Shown here one piece after another: positions 45,561-57,478 of a stretch of DNA of 64,000 nt. Made by a program: the position numbers and the translations under genes. Under the pieces are notes generated by a model. That model was not told where the DNA came from, did not search any database, and was given only the letters and a program-made list of their open reading frames with translations. Within the stretch, counting starts at the first letter, position 1; each line of letters opens with the position of its first letter. Origin of the DNA: Paramoeba atlantica (taxonomy: Eukaryota; Protista; Discosea); contig CDRNVI010000067.1 in the NCBI GenBank assembly GCA_977017575.1, forward strand, positions 124,001 through 188,000, read 5' to 3'.

Positions 45561-47421
45561 CTACACTCTGCAACTGCAACACCAGTACAGTCATTGTCTC
45601 ACATGGTCTCTCATGTGGGGGTCTCATTAGGAATTCAAAATTACAACACGCCATTATCCCGTCGTAGTAAATCCGCCTTTGCTTGCCTGGCATGGTGATC
45701 GCCGGAAAAAATCCGCGATTCTTTTCGCTGTCCAAGCGGTTACCCATTCTTTTTAGTGTTGTAACGTCGCGTAAAAGTGTTGCAAGTGAAAATTGTGTTT
45801 TGGAAGATTTTTCTGAATTGAAAAAGAAACTTATTATTCCCTTGCACGATTTTGGTACACTTCCTCCGAAACATTGGATTTAGGTACACTTCTTCCGAAA
45901 TATCCGATTTCCCTCTTTATAACCCTTTACTTCCAAAACTCCAGAAACGATCCGAAGTACGTACATAAGCCGCAATTGTATCATATTCTACAGTAGTGTA
46001 CAAGGCCTAAGTCGTATAAGGGGGGGGTAACAGTATAACGTTTATGACATAGCTAAATGCCAATCTTAATGATGAATTGGACAAACTAAGAAGACGAGTC
46101 TTATGTGTTACACATATGACGTATCATTGAGTCCATCGGCTACCAATGGCTGATTTCAAAGAAACAACGTGTAATTTTTTGTTCCCCTTAGAACGGTAAC
46201 CTTTGTAATTGTTTAATCACTTGTGCGCGCTGCCGAACAATTTACAGTGCTCGCAAAAATTAGTAAAACTTTTATCGTAAAATAAGAAAAAAGTTTTATA
46301 TTTTTAAATACTATAAATAGCAATTACATAATAAAATAGAATTTAATTTCAAGTAATTATCTCCCTCTTTCTCCGATTGCTCTACATGATGATTCTTATG
46401 GAAGTCAAGAAACATGAGTTTCTAATGACTTCAATACACTATGCACCACGCTGATTCTTTTTGTTTTACGAATTAATGCTATACGAATAATTGTGTGCAC
46501 TGTACTTTTTTTTTGTATTATTATTGTACAGTATCTTTTTTTTCGTACATTATTATAGTACAGTAGGTAAATAATTGTTTACATATTTGACACGTTTTTG
46601 TTGCTTGTTTCCATGTGGACAGATGCCGTACGCATTGAAGTACTGTAGTATATCAGAGTAGTGTACGAATAAGTACGTATAGTAACTTATTGCGGCGGTT
46701 CTATACCGTCCGAATGCACGAGCGGTGTCTTGCGAAGACGCAACTCACACTTGAGCATTTCTGCAAGACCGCTAAATGTGCTTTATTTGGCAAAGAATTT
46801 GGCTGATGTGCGCTCGTGAAGGGATCCCCCGGTGCCAACGGGGAGCACTATTGAATTGGCTTTTGTCCTGCAAACGGAATTCTTCCAGAGCTAGGAATAT
46901 CAAGTCTGGCAGCTCACTTGCCAACGGTGAAGGGATTCTTTTACCTGAATAGCGTAGCATGTGTGCCCCTTTCGCCCACCGCGATGGAGAACGGGGAACA
47001 TACATAGCGGGGAACATGTACATATCGGCAGCATAGCGAAGAATGTGCAAGTGGATGCGGTGTTTTCTTTTACAGCGGTGTAAAGCACGTCTGTAAAGAT
47101 TGCGTCCCAATGTTGGCGGCATCGATAGATGATTATGCACATGATTATACACATGATTATGGCCACTGGCGTCGCCATCCAACGCGGCAACGCTCAGATG
47201 CTGAGAGCGGCCTCGGGGGAGCAGGACTGTGGGCGGCGTGGGTAAAGGGGACTTTGTGGTGCCTTTCTTTTCTTAATTCTAAAGTTAATTGCATAACTCC
47301 ACCTGTAATGAGGAACGATAAAATGTTTTTTGTAAGTTTAAGAACTTTTTTCTACTTGTAGGGGAGAAATTTCATTGAAAAACTATTATAGAGAAGGCTT
47401 TTGCAAGTGTTCGTGGGAATA

Positions 47422-47571
47422 ATGCAAACAATAGCGAGCGATGCCAAACAGTTTGGCGTTTCCCCAGAATTTCCCGGTGTTGAATCCTACGACTCTATTG
47501 CTGTGGGTGTGGGCGTGTTAGTATTGGCGGTGCATGAGCTGAGGCGGAAGAATTTCTTGGTTAAGTCGTAG
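47422..47571 (+). CDS. Possible 49-aa small protein with one hydrophobic segment
   Basis: MQTIASDAKQFGVSPEFPGVESYDSIAVGVGVLVLAVHELRRKNFLVKS*. On the gene strand, downstream of a pyrimidine tract and AG; no family recognised. Confidence 0.25.
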   Translation: MQTIASDAKQFGVSPEFPGVESYDSIAVGVGVLVLAVHELRRKNFLVKS

Positions 47572-47820
47572 TTTTTTGCCGCGAGATGAGAAAAGGAACC
47601 TTCCTTGGTCCGTCCAATATTCCTCGGAAATGGTTCACGTTGCCCCCTCTCTGCTCCTCGTATCCTCTATCACTAAACGTGGATCCTCCAGAAGTCGCGG
47701 GGGTTAAAGTGAAGCAAATATAGCCTTTTTCGTACTTTTGACGTTTCCTTCATTTATATGGCGCAAATACAGTATACAGAATATTTGTCCTATGAAATAT
47801 GCAGAATATTATCTTACTTA

Positions 47821-48783
47821 GAGGGGTGACTCTGGGTGGGAGCGCCTAGGATATCTTTCGTCAAAATTTTCTTCCTTAGTTTCTTAATATTTTTTACTTC
47901 AATCCGAAGATACAGAAATCATGTTACTGGAATTGTTATTCTGCAGGGCTTAAGCAAGCGTTTCAGCATGTAATACACGTTAATAATACATTGTGCTTAG
48001 AGGGGTGAGTCTGGGTGGGAGCGCCTAGGATCCCGCCTAGGATTTTTTCCAACTTCTTTTTCGTGAAAAATCCGAACTTGGCGGACCCATCCTGCGCATA
48101 CCAGGGGGGGGGGTCACCCCCACGTGGGGTTGGAAAATTTGTTCACTTTTTTTTAATAATCGAGGGTACAGCGGTAGTTAAACAACCACCGCAATGCACC
48201 TAACGTTAAGACCGTCCAACCGGTGGGCTTTTTTTGGTCGAATGAGCAGAGCGTTGTAGTATCGGACTGCGTCAGGGACTCTGCTAGCTCACCCGCTAAA
48301 ACTTCACTATCCCAGATTGTTGGTCCTGAACGGTCCTGGCTGGAGAAACGAAGTTTTTACGCCTCCATTCCTCCGGAGATGGAGTGGGATTCGACCACAG
48401 CTTGCACGAGTGCAGTTCCACTTCCACCGAGGTTACAAGGTTGACACGCGAGAAAAGGTGGTGCTGACAACGTATTCCCGACAATGGACTTGCCACGCCG
48501 TCTTACAACCCCGGGACGCGGTTAACGACTCCGCGAATAGGGGTTAAACAGGAATAGAAATGGACAAATCCCTGCATCTAGCTGGAAGTCTTACTTCGGG
48601 AGGCTAGAAGTCTTACTTCGACGCCGGTCTCCCTTTCTAACTCTTTGTCATGCTAGCCCAGCATGTTCCATCCAAGGGACATTGAGGATTCCGGACCTCT
48701 TTGCGAAAATCATTTCACCAAGTCGGATCTCCGTAGAAGTTTACTGGGAGCGCCTGGGAGCGCCCGGGCAGGAGTCGCCCCTC
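47821..48783. mobile_element. Harbinger-like MITE(s) with GAGGGGTGACTC TIRs (left ends at 47821 and 48000; another at 39457)
   Basis: gaggggtga(c/g)tc ... gagtcgcccctc, with gggagcgcct repeats. Confidence 0.6.
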
Positions 48784-48829
48784 TTGACATAACCAACTTA
48801 ATGTTGAATACAGATACAATGAGTACGTA

Positions 48830-49400
48830 AATTGTCTAATATACGCAGCATCGTTTCGCCCCCGTTCTTCTTCAAGCTGCCGTTATATTTTTCCGCGATT
48901 GCTTGCACGCGGCCGGCTCTTCGACTCGACTTTCTAGTAGAAGCGTTCGAATCGGGGAGGAAGTGTGTTAGGTAGAAAGTTTCTACCAAACATCCCCGAT
49001 TCGAACGCTTCTTTGTCGTTTAGTTCGCGCATTCGACGGTGTTTGTATGCACTCCCTCCGATGTAACCCATTGACGCCGGTGATTGACACTTTCCCATTT
49101 AAACTTTCGCCCGAGCTGATTGTTGTGTCTCGCCCCGTCTGTTCAAATTCTTGTACGGTTGCTGGAGGAGAGCTCCTCAATCCTTGGGACTAAAGTATTC
49201 GCCGTGCGGTCAGGAATGATTTCCATGAAGACTTCGGGGAGCATGTTAGTTCTCGTGGTGGATGCAATTGTCTGTGCGATTTCTGTCCCTTCACTGCGAA
49301 CACGCCTCGCACCATGTTGTCCACGATGGCGCTTCCGAACCGGAAAAAGGTTTCATCGCATTGCATAAAAGAGAGACGAACGGTGCAAAACACGCCGACG
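48830..49400 (-). pseudogene. Merlin/ISXO2-like transposase remnant
   Basis: Minus frame reads EIIPDRTANTLVPRIE...RI*TDG...ESVNH...GVHTNTVE. Confidence 0.8.
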
Positions 49401-49684
49401 TACATGAGCAGTTGTCGTAATTGAATCAACCCACTGACGTAGAGATATCACTGGCGTAGAGATAAAACCAGCGGGTGTCTATGCTGCTTTATTTGCTTTT
49501 CGTGTGCATCTGAATTCTCATACAAAGAGACACGCCTTAAAAAAAACGAGCGCCCAATGTTACGATAGAGCCAATCTCTTTACAAGCGTTGCGTTGCTGG
49601 TGACAGTACTCGAGAGTCGCTTACGTTTTTCCATAAACCATTCTAAGCTTTGGTTTTTAGATTTCCAATGGAGAGTATGCAGTA

Positions 49685-50525
49685 GGTCTGTGTAAGTTCG
49701 TGTTGGTCCGTGACGAGCTGTGTAGGTACGTGTAGGTTCGTGGTAATCCGTGTAGATTCGTGTAGGTTGGTGTAGGTTTTTTTTTTGACATTTTTTGAGA
49801 AGGTTTATTGGCTCGGCCGCTAGGATGATTGCATGTAGGTAAATTAGACCGAATTAAACCACTGTCCGGGTTAATATTCCTGGTAGGGATATTAAGAGGG
49901 TATAGGAATATAACAAGGTATAGGAATATTAGAAAATTAGCAGAAAAGGACCAAAACATTTTTCGCGCCGCGAAGAGGCGCGATCTTTGATCTTGTCCTC
50001 GTTTGGGTCTTGTGCGTGCTTGGAGCTTGCTATTTTTATTTAAAAAACATACAAAAAAGGGATTTTCGAGGGGTGAGTTGTGTGGATCTCCTTAATCGAT
50101 CACGAGTGCCGTGCGCATCTCGAGGCACACGCGGGAGGAAGGTAAACACAGGGGGCGGTGCTTCTTCGTCATGAATCACCAATAAATTTACTAACTTAAA
50201 GAAAAATGTACTCTGTGAAAAAAGAAAACAACTTTTTTGCAGTTACTTTTTCCGGTTTAGATATGATACTCCTCGGATTCGGAACGATTGGGTCGAAAAA
50301 CAGATTTTTCCAAAATCGGACAAAATACAAGACCTGGAGGGGGGGGGTAAAAGAGGCTGAACACTATTATAAGTTGAAAACAACCACCGCGTTTAACGAA
50401 GAGCCTAAAAAAGAAAAATATTGAAATGAACTAAAGTAAAACTACTAGAAATCGGAAAAAAGTGGTTCTGTGTAAGTCTGTGTGAATTCGTGTAGATCCG
50501 TGTAGGTTTGTGTAGGTTTTTTTTG
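49685..50525. repeat. Two direct-oriented arrays of 10-bp cgtgtaggtt repeats (49685-49780, 50468-50525)
   Basis: Both arrays end in gtgtaggttttttttga; they resemble MITE subterminal repeats. Confidence 0.6.
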
Positions 50526-50770
50526 AACCCCAACCTAGCCCATCTGCAGACTCTCCAATTATTTTGGTTCTTAGATTATATTGTTTAAAAGTCACAGTAA
50601 CTTTTTCGAAGTACATAATGCCGGGCGAAACATGGTGAACGGTGGTGAATGAGAGATATAAAAATAGTAATGATCAGTGGATAACTTTTTCATGATTAAA
50701 TCAAAATCAGAAGTAACGAGACCCTTCTCAGAATAAAATTTAATTCAATAGTATCGGAGGAAAACGGCAT

Positions 50771-51622
50771 ATGGCATTATTCCTTTCCGCCCTTCCGGTT
50801 CAGTCACTGGAGGTGTCGAGTAGTTCCTCCAACGTAACACAAACGGACACGCTACTTCACGAGTTAACCCTTTTAAAAAAATTTATCTCCCAAGTCGCGA
50901 CGCCCCATCTCTCGTGGAAAACACCCGAGAGCGCGAGTGTGTGTTCCCAATGGGCAGGGGTCTCGTGTGACGCCTCCGGTTTCGTGACCCGGTTATCCTG
51001 GAGCGGGTTAAAACTCACGGGGAACCTTTCCTGGTCGTATTTACCCTCCCGCGTTACAGAACTCTACATGTGGAAGAATGCCCTCCGAGGGTCGATTACT
51101 CTCCCACCCACCAACACGGTTTTACGAGAAGTAAATCTGAAATTGAATGAATTTACTGGACCGCTGGATCTTACAGCGCTTCCGGAATCCTTAGAAGTGT
51201 TATCCGTACGACGAAATGCGCTAAGTGGAAATTGTGATTTGCATTTTCTACCCCCAGAAATGCGTTCACTGGCGCTTAGTCATAATCAGTTCCAGTCAGG
51301 GATTTATTTGAACCTCCTGCCCCCGGTGTTGTCGTTTTTGTATGTAGACAACAACGAGCTCGGCACCACGGTGTGTTTGACACAGTTACCCGAGAGGTTG
51401 ACGAATTTACATTTGCAACAGAATTATTTGATCGGCGTGGCTGACTTGCGGCGGCTGCCACGCTCACTTACTAGCACACATTTGGAGAATAATTGTTTCC
51501 ATGCTGTAGAGTATGAAAAGACAGGAGCAAAAAAGAAACTGGACGACGCGATTGTGTTTAATCCACAGCGCTCAGGGATTATATTGCATTCTGGCAGAAG
51601 CGATAGCTGTACAGTGTGCTAA
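50771..51622 (+). CDS. LRR-family protein with CaaX-like CTVC
   Basis: LRR core, YLNLLP and NPQ; ends SDSCTVC*. Confidence 0.92.
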   Translation: MALFLSALPVQSLEVSSSSSNVTQTDTLLHELTLLKKFISQVATPHLSWKTPESASVCSQWAGVSCDASGFVTRLSWSGLKLTGNLSWSYLPSRVTELYMWKNALRGSITLPPTNTVLREVNLKLNEFTGPLDLTALPESLEVLSVRRNALSGNCDLHFLPPEMRSLALSHNQFQSGIYLNLLPPVLSFLYVDNNELGTTVCLTQLPERLTNLHLQQNYLIGVADLRRLPRSLTSTHLENNCFHAVEYEKTGAKKKLDDAIVFNPQRSGIILHSGRSDSCTVC

Positions 51623-52052
51623 GGGAGTTGTGGTGCCGTTTGTTAGCCACTGAAACATGTAAGTAATGTTAGTGCAGGAATCTGTGACCGAAGCATTTTT
51701 TGTATGAAATGTACACGAAGTACAGTTCTCTGTTGTGCGGGAGCTCGCAAAGAAAGATTGGTACGTGATCTCAAGAGTGTCCAGCTCAAGAAAGAAAAGT
51801 GGAACACTGCGGGATACTTCATCTCTTACGTTGAAGCAGCAAAATGAGCTTTCATTTTAAATGATGGAGAAAAAAGTTCGGGTAGGACCCAATGAAAATG
51901 TATCTAAAAAAAAAATCTAAAAAATCTTTCCCTTTTCTTTGAGCGTGAAAATTTGCATTAGCCCAGTAAAGCACGAACGAAATTGATTCTACAACGAAAA
52001 TCGAGGGTGCTGCATTCATTGAACCCTTTTGATGGTAATTGAATTATTGACG

Positions 52053-52123
52053 TTTAGACTGGAAAGTTGACGTGCACTACATGAGTTAAATTCATGTACT
52101 GCACGTCAACATTCCAGTCTAAA
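52053..52123. repeat. Near-perfect 71-nt foldback
   Basis: 33-bp arms with two mismatches plus one G/T pair, and a 5-nt loop. Confidence 0.9.
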
Positions 52124-52474
52124 ATGTTCGTTCGCGAGACAAAGTGATAGAAGTGCCTTTACTATTTTTCCGAAGGAAGAAGGGAAGACCAAGATTTCCC
52201 TACAGACCTTGATATGGATTATGCCACGATTCTAGAAAGAAATTCATGTAAGTTTAGCTGTGGTTTTCTTTTCGTGGGTTTCATCACTATAAGACGACAT
52301 TTTGGTGTAGGGTGTCCCGCAGAGATTCGACATTATTATTATACAAGTCAATACATGTATATGTAAATATACAGTCGAGGCTTGTCCGAGTCTTAAGAAC
52401 CACCTCTAAGTTTTCTACTCAGAAGATATGAGTTAGATTAATATCCCACTCAGTCCGATGCTGTTCTTCTTTGC

Positions 52475-53680
52475 TTGTACATAAACTACTTACGCGTATG
52501 CACAGTACAACCCATGAGTCATGCACGAAACTCAAATGAACCGCCGTCATGGCTGCTCCAAGCGATATGCCGCTCATCCCCTTCGGTTTACCGACATCGA
52601 CATCGTATCCAAAAAGAATCTACGCAAAACGAGGAAAAGCAACACTCTTCGAATACATTTCCTCCGCAGAGCAGTGTGAGTGTCCGCGTAGGTGTTGCCT
52701 TGTGCAAGGCATACAACCACAGTCTCCCCATAAGCCGAAAAGGTTTAAGAAAACGAAAACGAAATGCTCTCTTGTCCGGCGGCTCACGTCGTCGGTTAGG
52801 AAAAACTGCACATCGAAGGAACTCATCGCGAGGAAACGCAATGTATCGTTTGCGACGATATTTAGAAGTGAATAATTCTCGTTCCCTCGCCCCGACTACA
52901 AACTACAAGATCGATGAACGCGCAGTTGTTACCCTTGACGGAGTTGCTATCGGGAGTACTGGAGAAAGAGACATGAAGACACAAGGAACCAATCCATATT
53001 TACAAAAAAGTAGCCGAAAAGATCTGCTGTTATCGTATCTTACGCCTTCGTGGGCCGCGCGTCAATCAAAATATACAAAAATGGTAAAACCTTTGTATCC
53101 TTCCGAGCATGTCATACATGAACGCACAGACATGCACACAGCTTTATTCCGTTCTTTCGTACAATATTTTGCGTCAAAGCGCTATCCAGGCGAAGTTTCG
53201 GCTGGTTCGATACTTTCCCACCCAAGCATTGTGTTATCGGGTGCTCTTATTCAGTCAAAACACATTTTCCCAGGATGGGGTATTGTTTTGCAAGACACTG
53301 AGCTTCACTTACGGGTCGAATCCTGCTGGTTGGACAAAAATGTTAACACGAGAGTTACCGGTATAAACAAAAAGTTTGATTTTCATAAAAGAACTTTAGC
53401 AAAAAATCGAGCCAGACGAAATACTCTCGACAACGAGGGCTCAAATAAAAGAATGGAACAATATCAAATTGACAAGTTGAATTTTACACCAGTAACCCTT
53501 TTAGTCCCAAGTGCTGGCTTTGCAGAACGCATAGTAAATGCCTCAGATGAAACTTTGCTCATTCGTGAGTTGAACATTCCTCTGTTTGGTACTCTTCACG
53601 CGGAGCCGCCCAGCGATTGGGAATACGTCACATGGACGGAATATGAACCATGGAAGTATCCACTTCTGCGTCCTGCGTAA
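52475..53680 (+). CDS. Hypothetical protein; likely start ATG 52841 (279 aa, MYRLRRYL..., mitochondrial-presequence-like)
   Basis: Long ORF on the gene strand with globular composition after 52841; no family recognised. Confidence 0.7.
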   Translation: MYINYLRVCTVQPMSHARNSNEPPSWLLQAICRSSPSVYRHRHRIQKESTQNEEKQHSSNTFPPQSSVSVRVGVALCKAYNHSLPISRKGLRKRKRNALLSGGSRRRLGKTAHRRNSSRGNAMYRLRRYLEVNNSRSLAPTTNYKIDERAVVTLDGVAIGSTGERDMKTQGTNPYLQKSSRKDLLLSYLTPSWAARQSKYTKMVKPLYPSEHVIHERTDMHTALFRSFVQYFASKRYPGEVSAGSILSHPSIVLSGALIQSKHIFPGWGIVLQDTELHLRVESCWLDKNVNTRVTGINKKFDFHKRTLAKNRARRNTLDNEGSNKRMEQYQIDKLNFTPVTLLVPSAGFAERIVNASDETLLIRELNIPLFGTLHAEPPSDWEYVTWTEYEPWKYPLLRPA

Positions 53681-53967
53681 TGGAACAAAGTAAAGTTTTT
53701 ACAGAAACGCCTTTAATCGAAAACAATTTATTGGTTGATCGCGTACATCGACCTCTTTCTAACACACAAAATGCTATTCGAGCGTTCCGTCAACTTATTC
53801 GTGATGCCCACCATAACTTTTTCGACATTGTTACTTCAACTGTCATTCAAGCTGCAAGCGATCTTCCGTTCAATCTTGTTGCCTACTACCTCGCAAAGCA
53901 CACATTAAACCAAGCTCGGGGGTTACAAGGCATCGAAGTATCGAAAAATGGACAGTGCAGGTCGTGA
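53680..53967 (+). CDS. Possible 95-aa protein overlapping the upstream stop (TAATG), with a weak Dpy-30/RIIa-like helix pair
   Basis: VTSTVIQAASDLPFNLVAYYLAKH loosely resembles that motif; the ATG shares its A with the upstream TAA. Confidence 0.35.
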   Translation: MEQSKVFTETPLIENNLLVDRVHRPLSNTQNAIRAFRQLIRDAHHNFFDIVTSTVIQAASDLPFNLVAYYLAKHTLNQARGLQGIEVSKNGQCRS

Positions 53968-55317
53968 AACTCTTACATGACGAACTCTTACATAATCGTA
54001 TTCGTCGTTACATGTCGATTGTATTCGTCGTTGCATGATTGTTGTCGTTGAACTCTTACATGATTGTATTCGTAATCTGGGTCGGTATACGACAGAATTT
54101 CGATTCAAAAGCGAACCGTATTTTGAGTAGAGTGTATGACGTATTTGATATGCCCCAAGAACAACACCACACAGTGGAGGGGTGATTGCGGAAGCGAGGC
54201 AACTAAAGACCTTTTTATTGGTTTTGTGATAGAAGAACGAAATTTGTAGCCAGTCTTCCAACAAACTACTAGCACTTCTAGTTACTATGGTGCTAAAAAA
54301 TAAGGGAGTTAGTGCTGTCTGAAAGATGGTAGTGCTAGTTAAGACCGCGAGGAGGTCTCAACCAAACTTCCTTATGCTGAGTGTGTCAGGCTTCATTGAG
54401 ACGCGTTTTACAGAGCAAGCGTACTTACAGAGCTCTTACAGAGAAAGCATGCTTTGTGTCCGAATCGGAAAGCTCACGGTCTAACACTCTTTGACACATC
54501 ATTTCCGATAGTAGAGCTTTGCCAACAGGTGTTCCAAAGTAATTCAGCTCGGTTATTGTGGCGCGTAGGAGTCTGTAGGAGTCCATCGTAGTGCGGTAGT
54601 ATACTCAGTACGTGGTTGTTCCCATGGGAGTGAAGTGGAAAGTAGCTTCTGTAATGGCTGTTCAACTTGACGTACAATATGTACTACATTACTATTTCGG
54701 TGTGATAATACTGTCCCCTCTTTATTTAATAGTCCGCCGATTTTGGACATTTGAACTCTTAAGTGGGGAGTCAGAATTTTCGGGACTCTCAAGTAGGCTG
54801 GTGAATATTTTTTCATGGATCTGGAAATAACGCCAGCGTTTCAACATGGCCATTCCATGTTTATTTCTCTGTATGTTTCCTAAAGTTGTTGGGCGCGCTG
54901 GGGAGGCTGGCGTCGGGGGTGGCTGGGTGAGGGGCTGGGCGGGAGGGGGTGGTAAGGGAGGCTTGGCGTCGTGGGTAGCTGGACGGGTTGGGTGGTGGTG
55001 ACTCAAACGAGAACATTTACTCATGAGTAGAAAAGACATTAGACTAATAATATACCCTGGACGGTAATAGGTGGTATTTACCACATGCGTGGTAATAGGT
55101 GTAATTACCACTTTTCTATTACCCAATTACTGTGACAGAACGTGGGGTGAAATTTACATTCAGGAAAAAACCATATGTTTACAGAAACATTTACTTTGAA
55201 GGAAACTGGACGGTGCCAACGTCTTCCCACCACTTGCACACCGAGGTATGCAACAAAGTTTCCAGTGAAAAACTCCACTCTTCCTCTGTAATGTGAAAAA
55301 GAGGTTGACTGCTTTGA

Positions 55318-57478
55318 ACAAGATCGTTAACAACTTCGACAGTGATAATTGGCCGTTCTTCCACGCGGATATGTCAACTTGACAATATATGTTTCGGAGA
55401 AAAACTCATTACAGTTTCTTCTTTCAGTAAGATGCAGTTTCTGTACCTTGTTGGTACATTTTCCCTAGTTCATCCTTTCTTTTCCCGGAAACCGGCATAC
55501 TCTTAACCTTTTATGTATGTCCGTTTCCGGCTGGCGCTAGGACCGGAAACTCATCTTTCCGTTGAAGAGGGGCCGCCGCTTCTCACCCACGTGCAGCGCC
55601 GTCAGACGCGCCGAATGCCCCCGCTGGATGGACGCCGGGGAGAGCCTCTCAACGACGCAGCGTAGCCGAAAGGCTTCTTGCAGCCTCTCAACGACGCCCC
55701 CCGCAGTGGAAGTCCAGTGCCCCCTTCACCCCCCATGCGCTGCAGAACCTCCCTTGAGGACCACGCGGCGTGGCCATAGGCCGAATCCCTGCGTACGACC
55801 GGCGTTGAATGCGCTGTAGATGCCGATTTTAAGCGTATTATACGTGGGACCTCATGAGTATGTTTCGCCTCCCATATATTCACCCAAACATCAGGCCTTT
55901 GATGGCAAAACAATGGCCGACACTCTAAGGAGTTGCCTTCAAATCAATCTCGGCGACCACAGGGCCGTAAAGCTCACGTACCTTATGGTCGACGGGAGCG
56001 CAGTGAACCAAGTTGCGCGACAGCACGCCGAAGGTCATTTAAGAAAATTTTATGATCGTATTCATCCGGTACCGGAAAGAGATCTCCAGAATTTTCAAGA
56101 GCACTTGCTATTGGGATTTCCAGGAATATCGCTTCTATCATGCATCGGACACATGTTAAACAACGTGTGTAAAACGTCTCTCGAGTCGTACGAGGATACT
56201 CCGGTATTCGAATTCAAGAAACACTTTGCACGAGCATTTTTCTCTGGGGGTAAAGCAAGTGCTATGAAGGGCAAATACAAAGGTCAAGTACTGGATACTC
56301 TTTTGGGGAAATTTGATGAGAAAGTCGTTATTGCTGAGTCGACTCTCAAACAGTGCTACCGTGGACTCGGCGAAAATTCTCCAACTCGTTACAAGGAAGC
56401 TTTAGAGATTAAAATTTGTGAAAGCTTGACTGCGCTGGAAAAAGTAATCCCGCTCGACTCCTGCTCACTTCTTTGCCGTTTAAAAGCTTCGAACTTAAGC
56501 TGGACAGATAAACATAACATCTTATTGGAGATCCCGATCATTGTTTCCGCTCTCCGTGACGCAGGGGCACGAAGAGCTGTGTCAACCCCAAAGCTTGGAG
56601 GTGTCACGCGGTGGTGTGAAGACAAATTTACGTGTATGTCTTTTTTATACACTGATCTGGATTACGTGGCTGCATTCATTTTCAGTGAAATTGCCAAGCG
56701 ACGTCACGTTAGCGCATCTATTCGTCGATGTCACCAACTCCTCCTGGAGCATGGTGCGGAAGCCCTGAAGTGCCAAAGCCGAGAATTTCTCGACAAAAGT
56801 AATGTACTTCATCTTGCACTCCGAAAATTTTCTGATATGATGCATAAGCCCATGGCGACGCAAGTTGCGCAAACGTTGGAGTTATATGAGCACGCTTGTT
56901 CTGGTGAAGGTCCCGATGGACTTGACATTGCAATGCGGCACCATATGCGCCGTCTCAACAAAAACCACAACATGGATTTCTGGAAGGACGTTGTGTGGTT
57001 TCGTCCTGCGTTCATTCTACAGTATGCGCGGCCGTGTGGACTGCAACCGATTTCTCTCGCTCGTGCAAACAACTTGTTTGATGAAAATGCTGGTACACCT
57101 AAGGCTCTTCGACCATTATTCAATATCTCAGAACAAGAGTGGGAGGAATGGGGATCTTGCGTTGCCTTTCGCTGGAATCCAGAGATTCACGAAGACGAAG
57201 ATGTTTGGTGGCTAGAAATAGGCAGCGAGATGTTTCCTGCTATATTTCGAGCTGCTATGCACTACATTTGGACGCCACCTCTGGTTACCAAGTGTGACAG
57301 TTGGCTTTCGATTCTATCGTACATGTATAATTCTAGGCAAACTCGCACGTCGCCCCAAGTGGTGGCCAACCGGATATTCATTCGCGGCAACCAGGAGAAG
57401 CTTGAATATTTGATACCGGGAGGTGATGAAGAAAGTGATACGGATGAGTCAGTTGACATTACAGACAATGAAGGTTGA
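55318..57478 (+). pseudogene. hAT-superfamily transposase split by SL-headed copy C
   Basis: Removing the insert and one AGATGC restores CQLDNICFGEKLITVSSFSK-MPIL. Downstream motifs: LMVDGSAVN, SCIGHMLNNVCK (CxxH) and hATC-like WW...FPAIFRAA...P...D.W.S...R. The frame is closed by TGA at 55315. Confidence 0.85.
55436..55817 (+). mobile_element. SL-headed retroposon copy C, 6-bp TSD AGATGC, 3'-shortened
   Basis: AGATGC at 55430-55435 and 55818-55823; AGTTTCTGTACCTTGTTG|GT; body nearly identical to copy A. Confidence 0.88.

Noticed and set aside
46772-47190. Minus-strand gene with HNHV/IIMC repeats
   Set aside because: Two overlapping frames built on a 12-bp microrepeat, antisense to the gene cluster, with no recognisable family.
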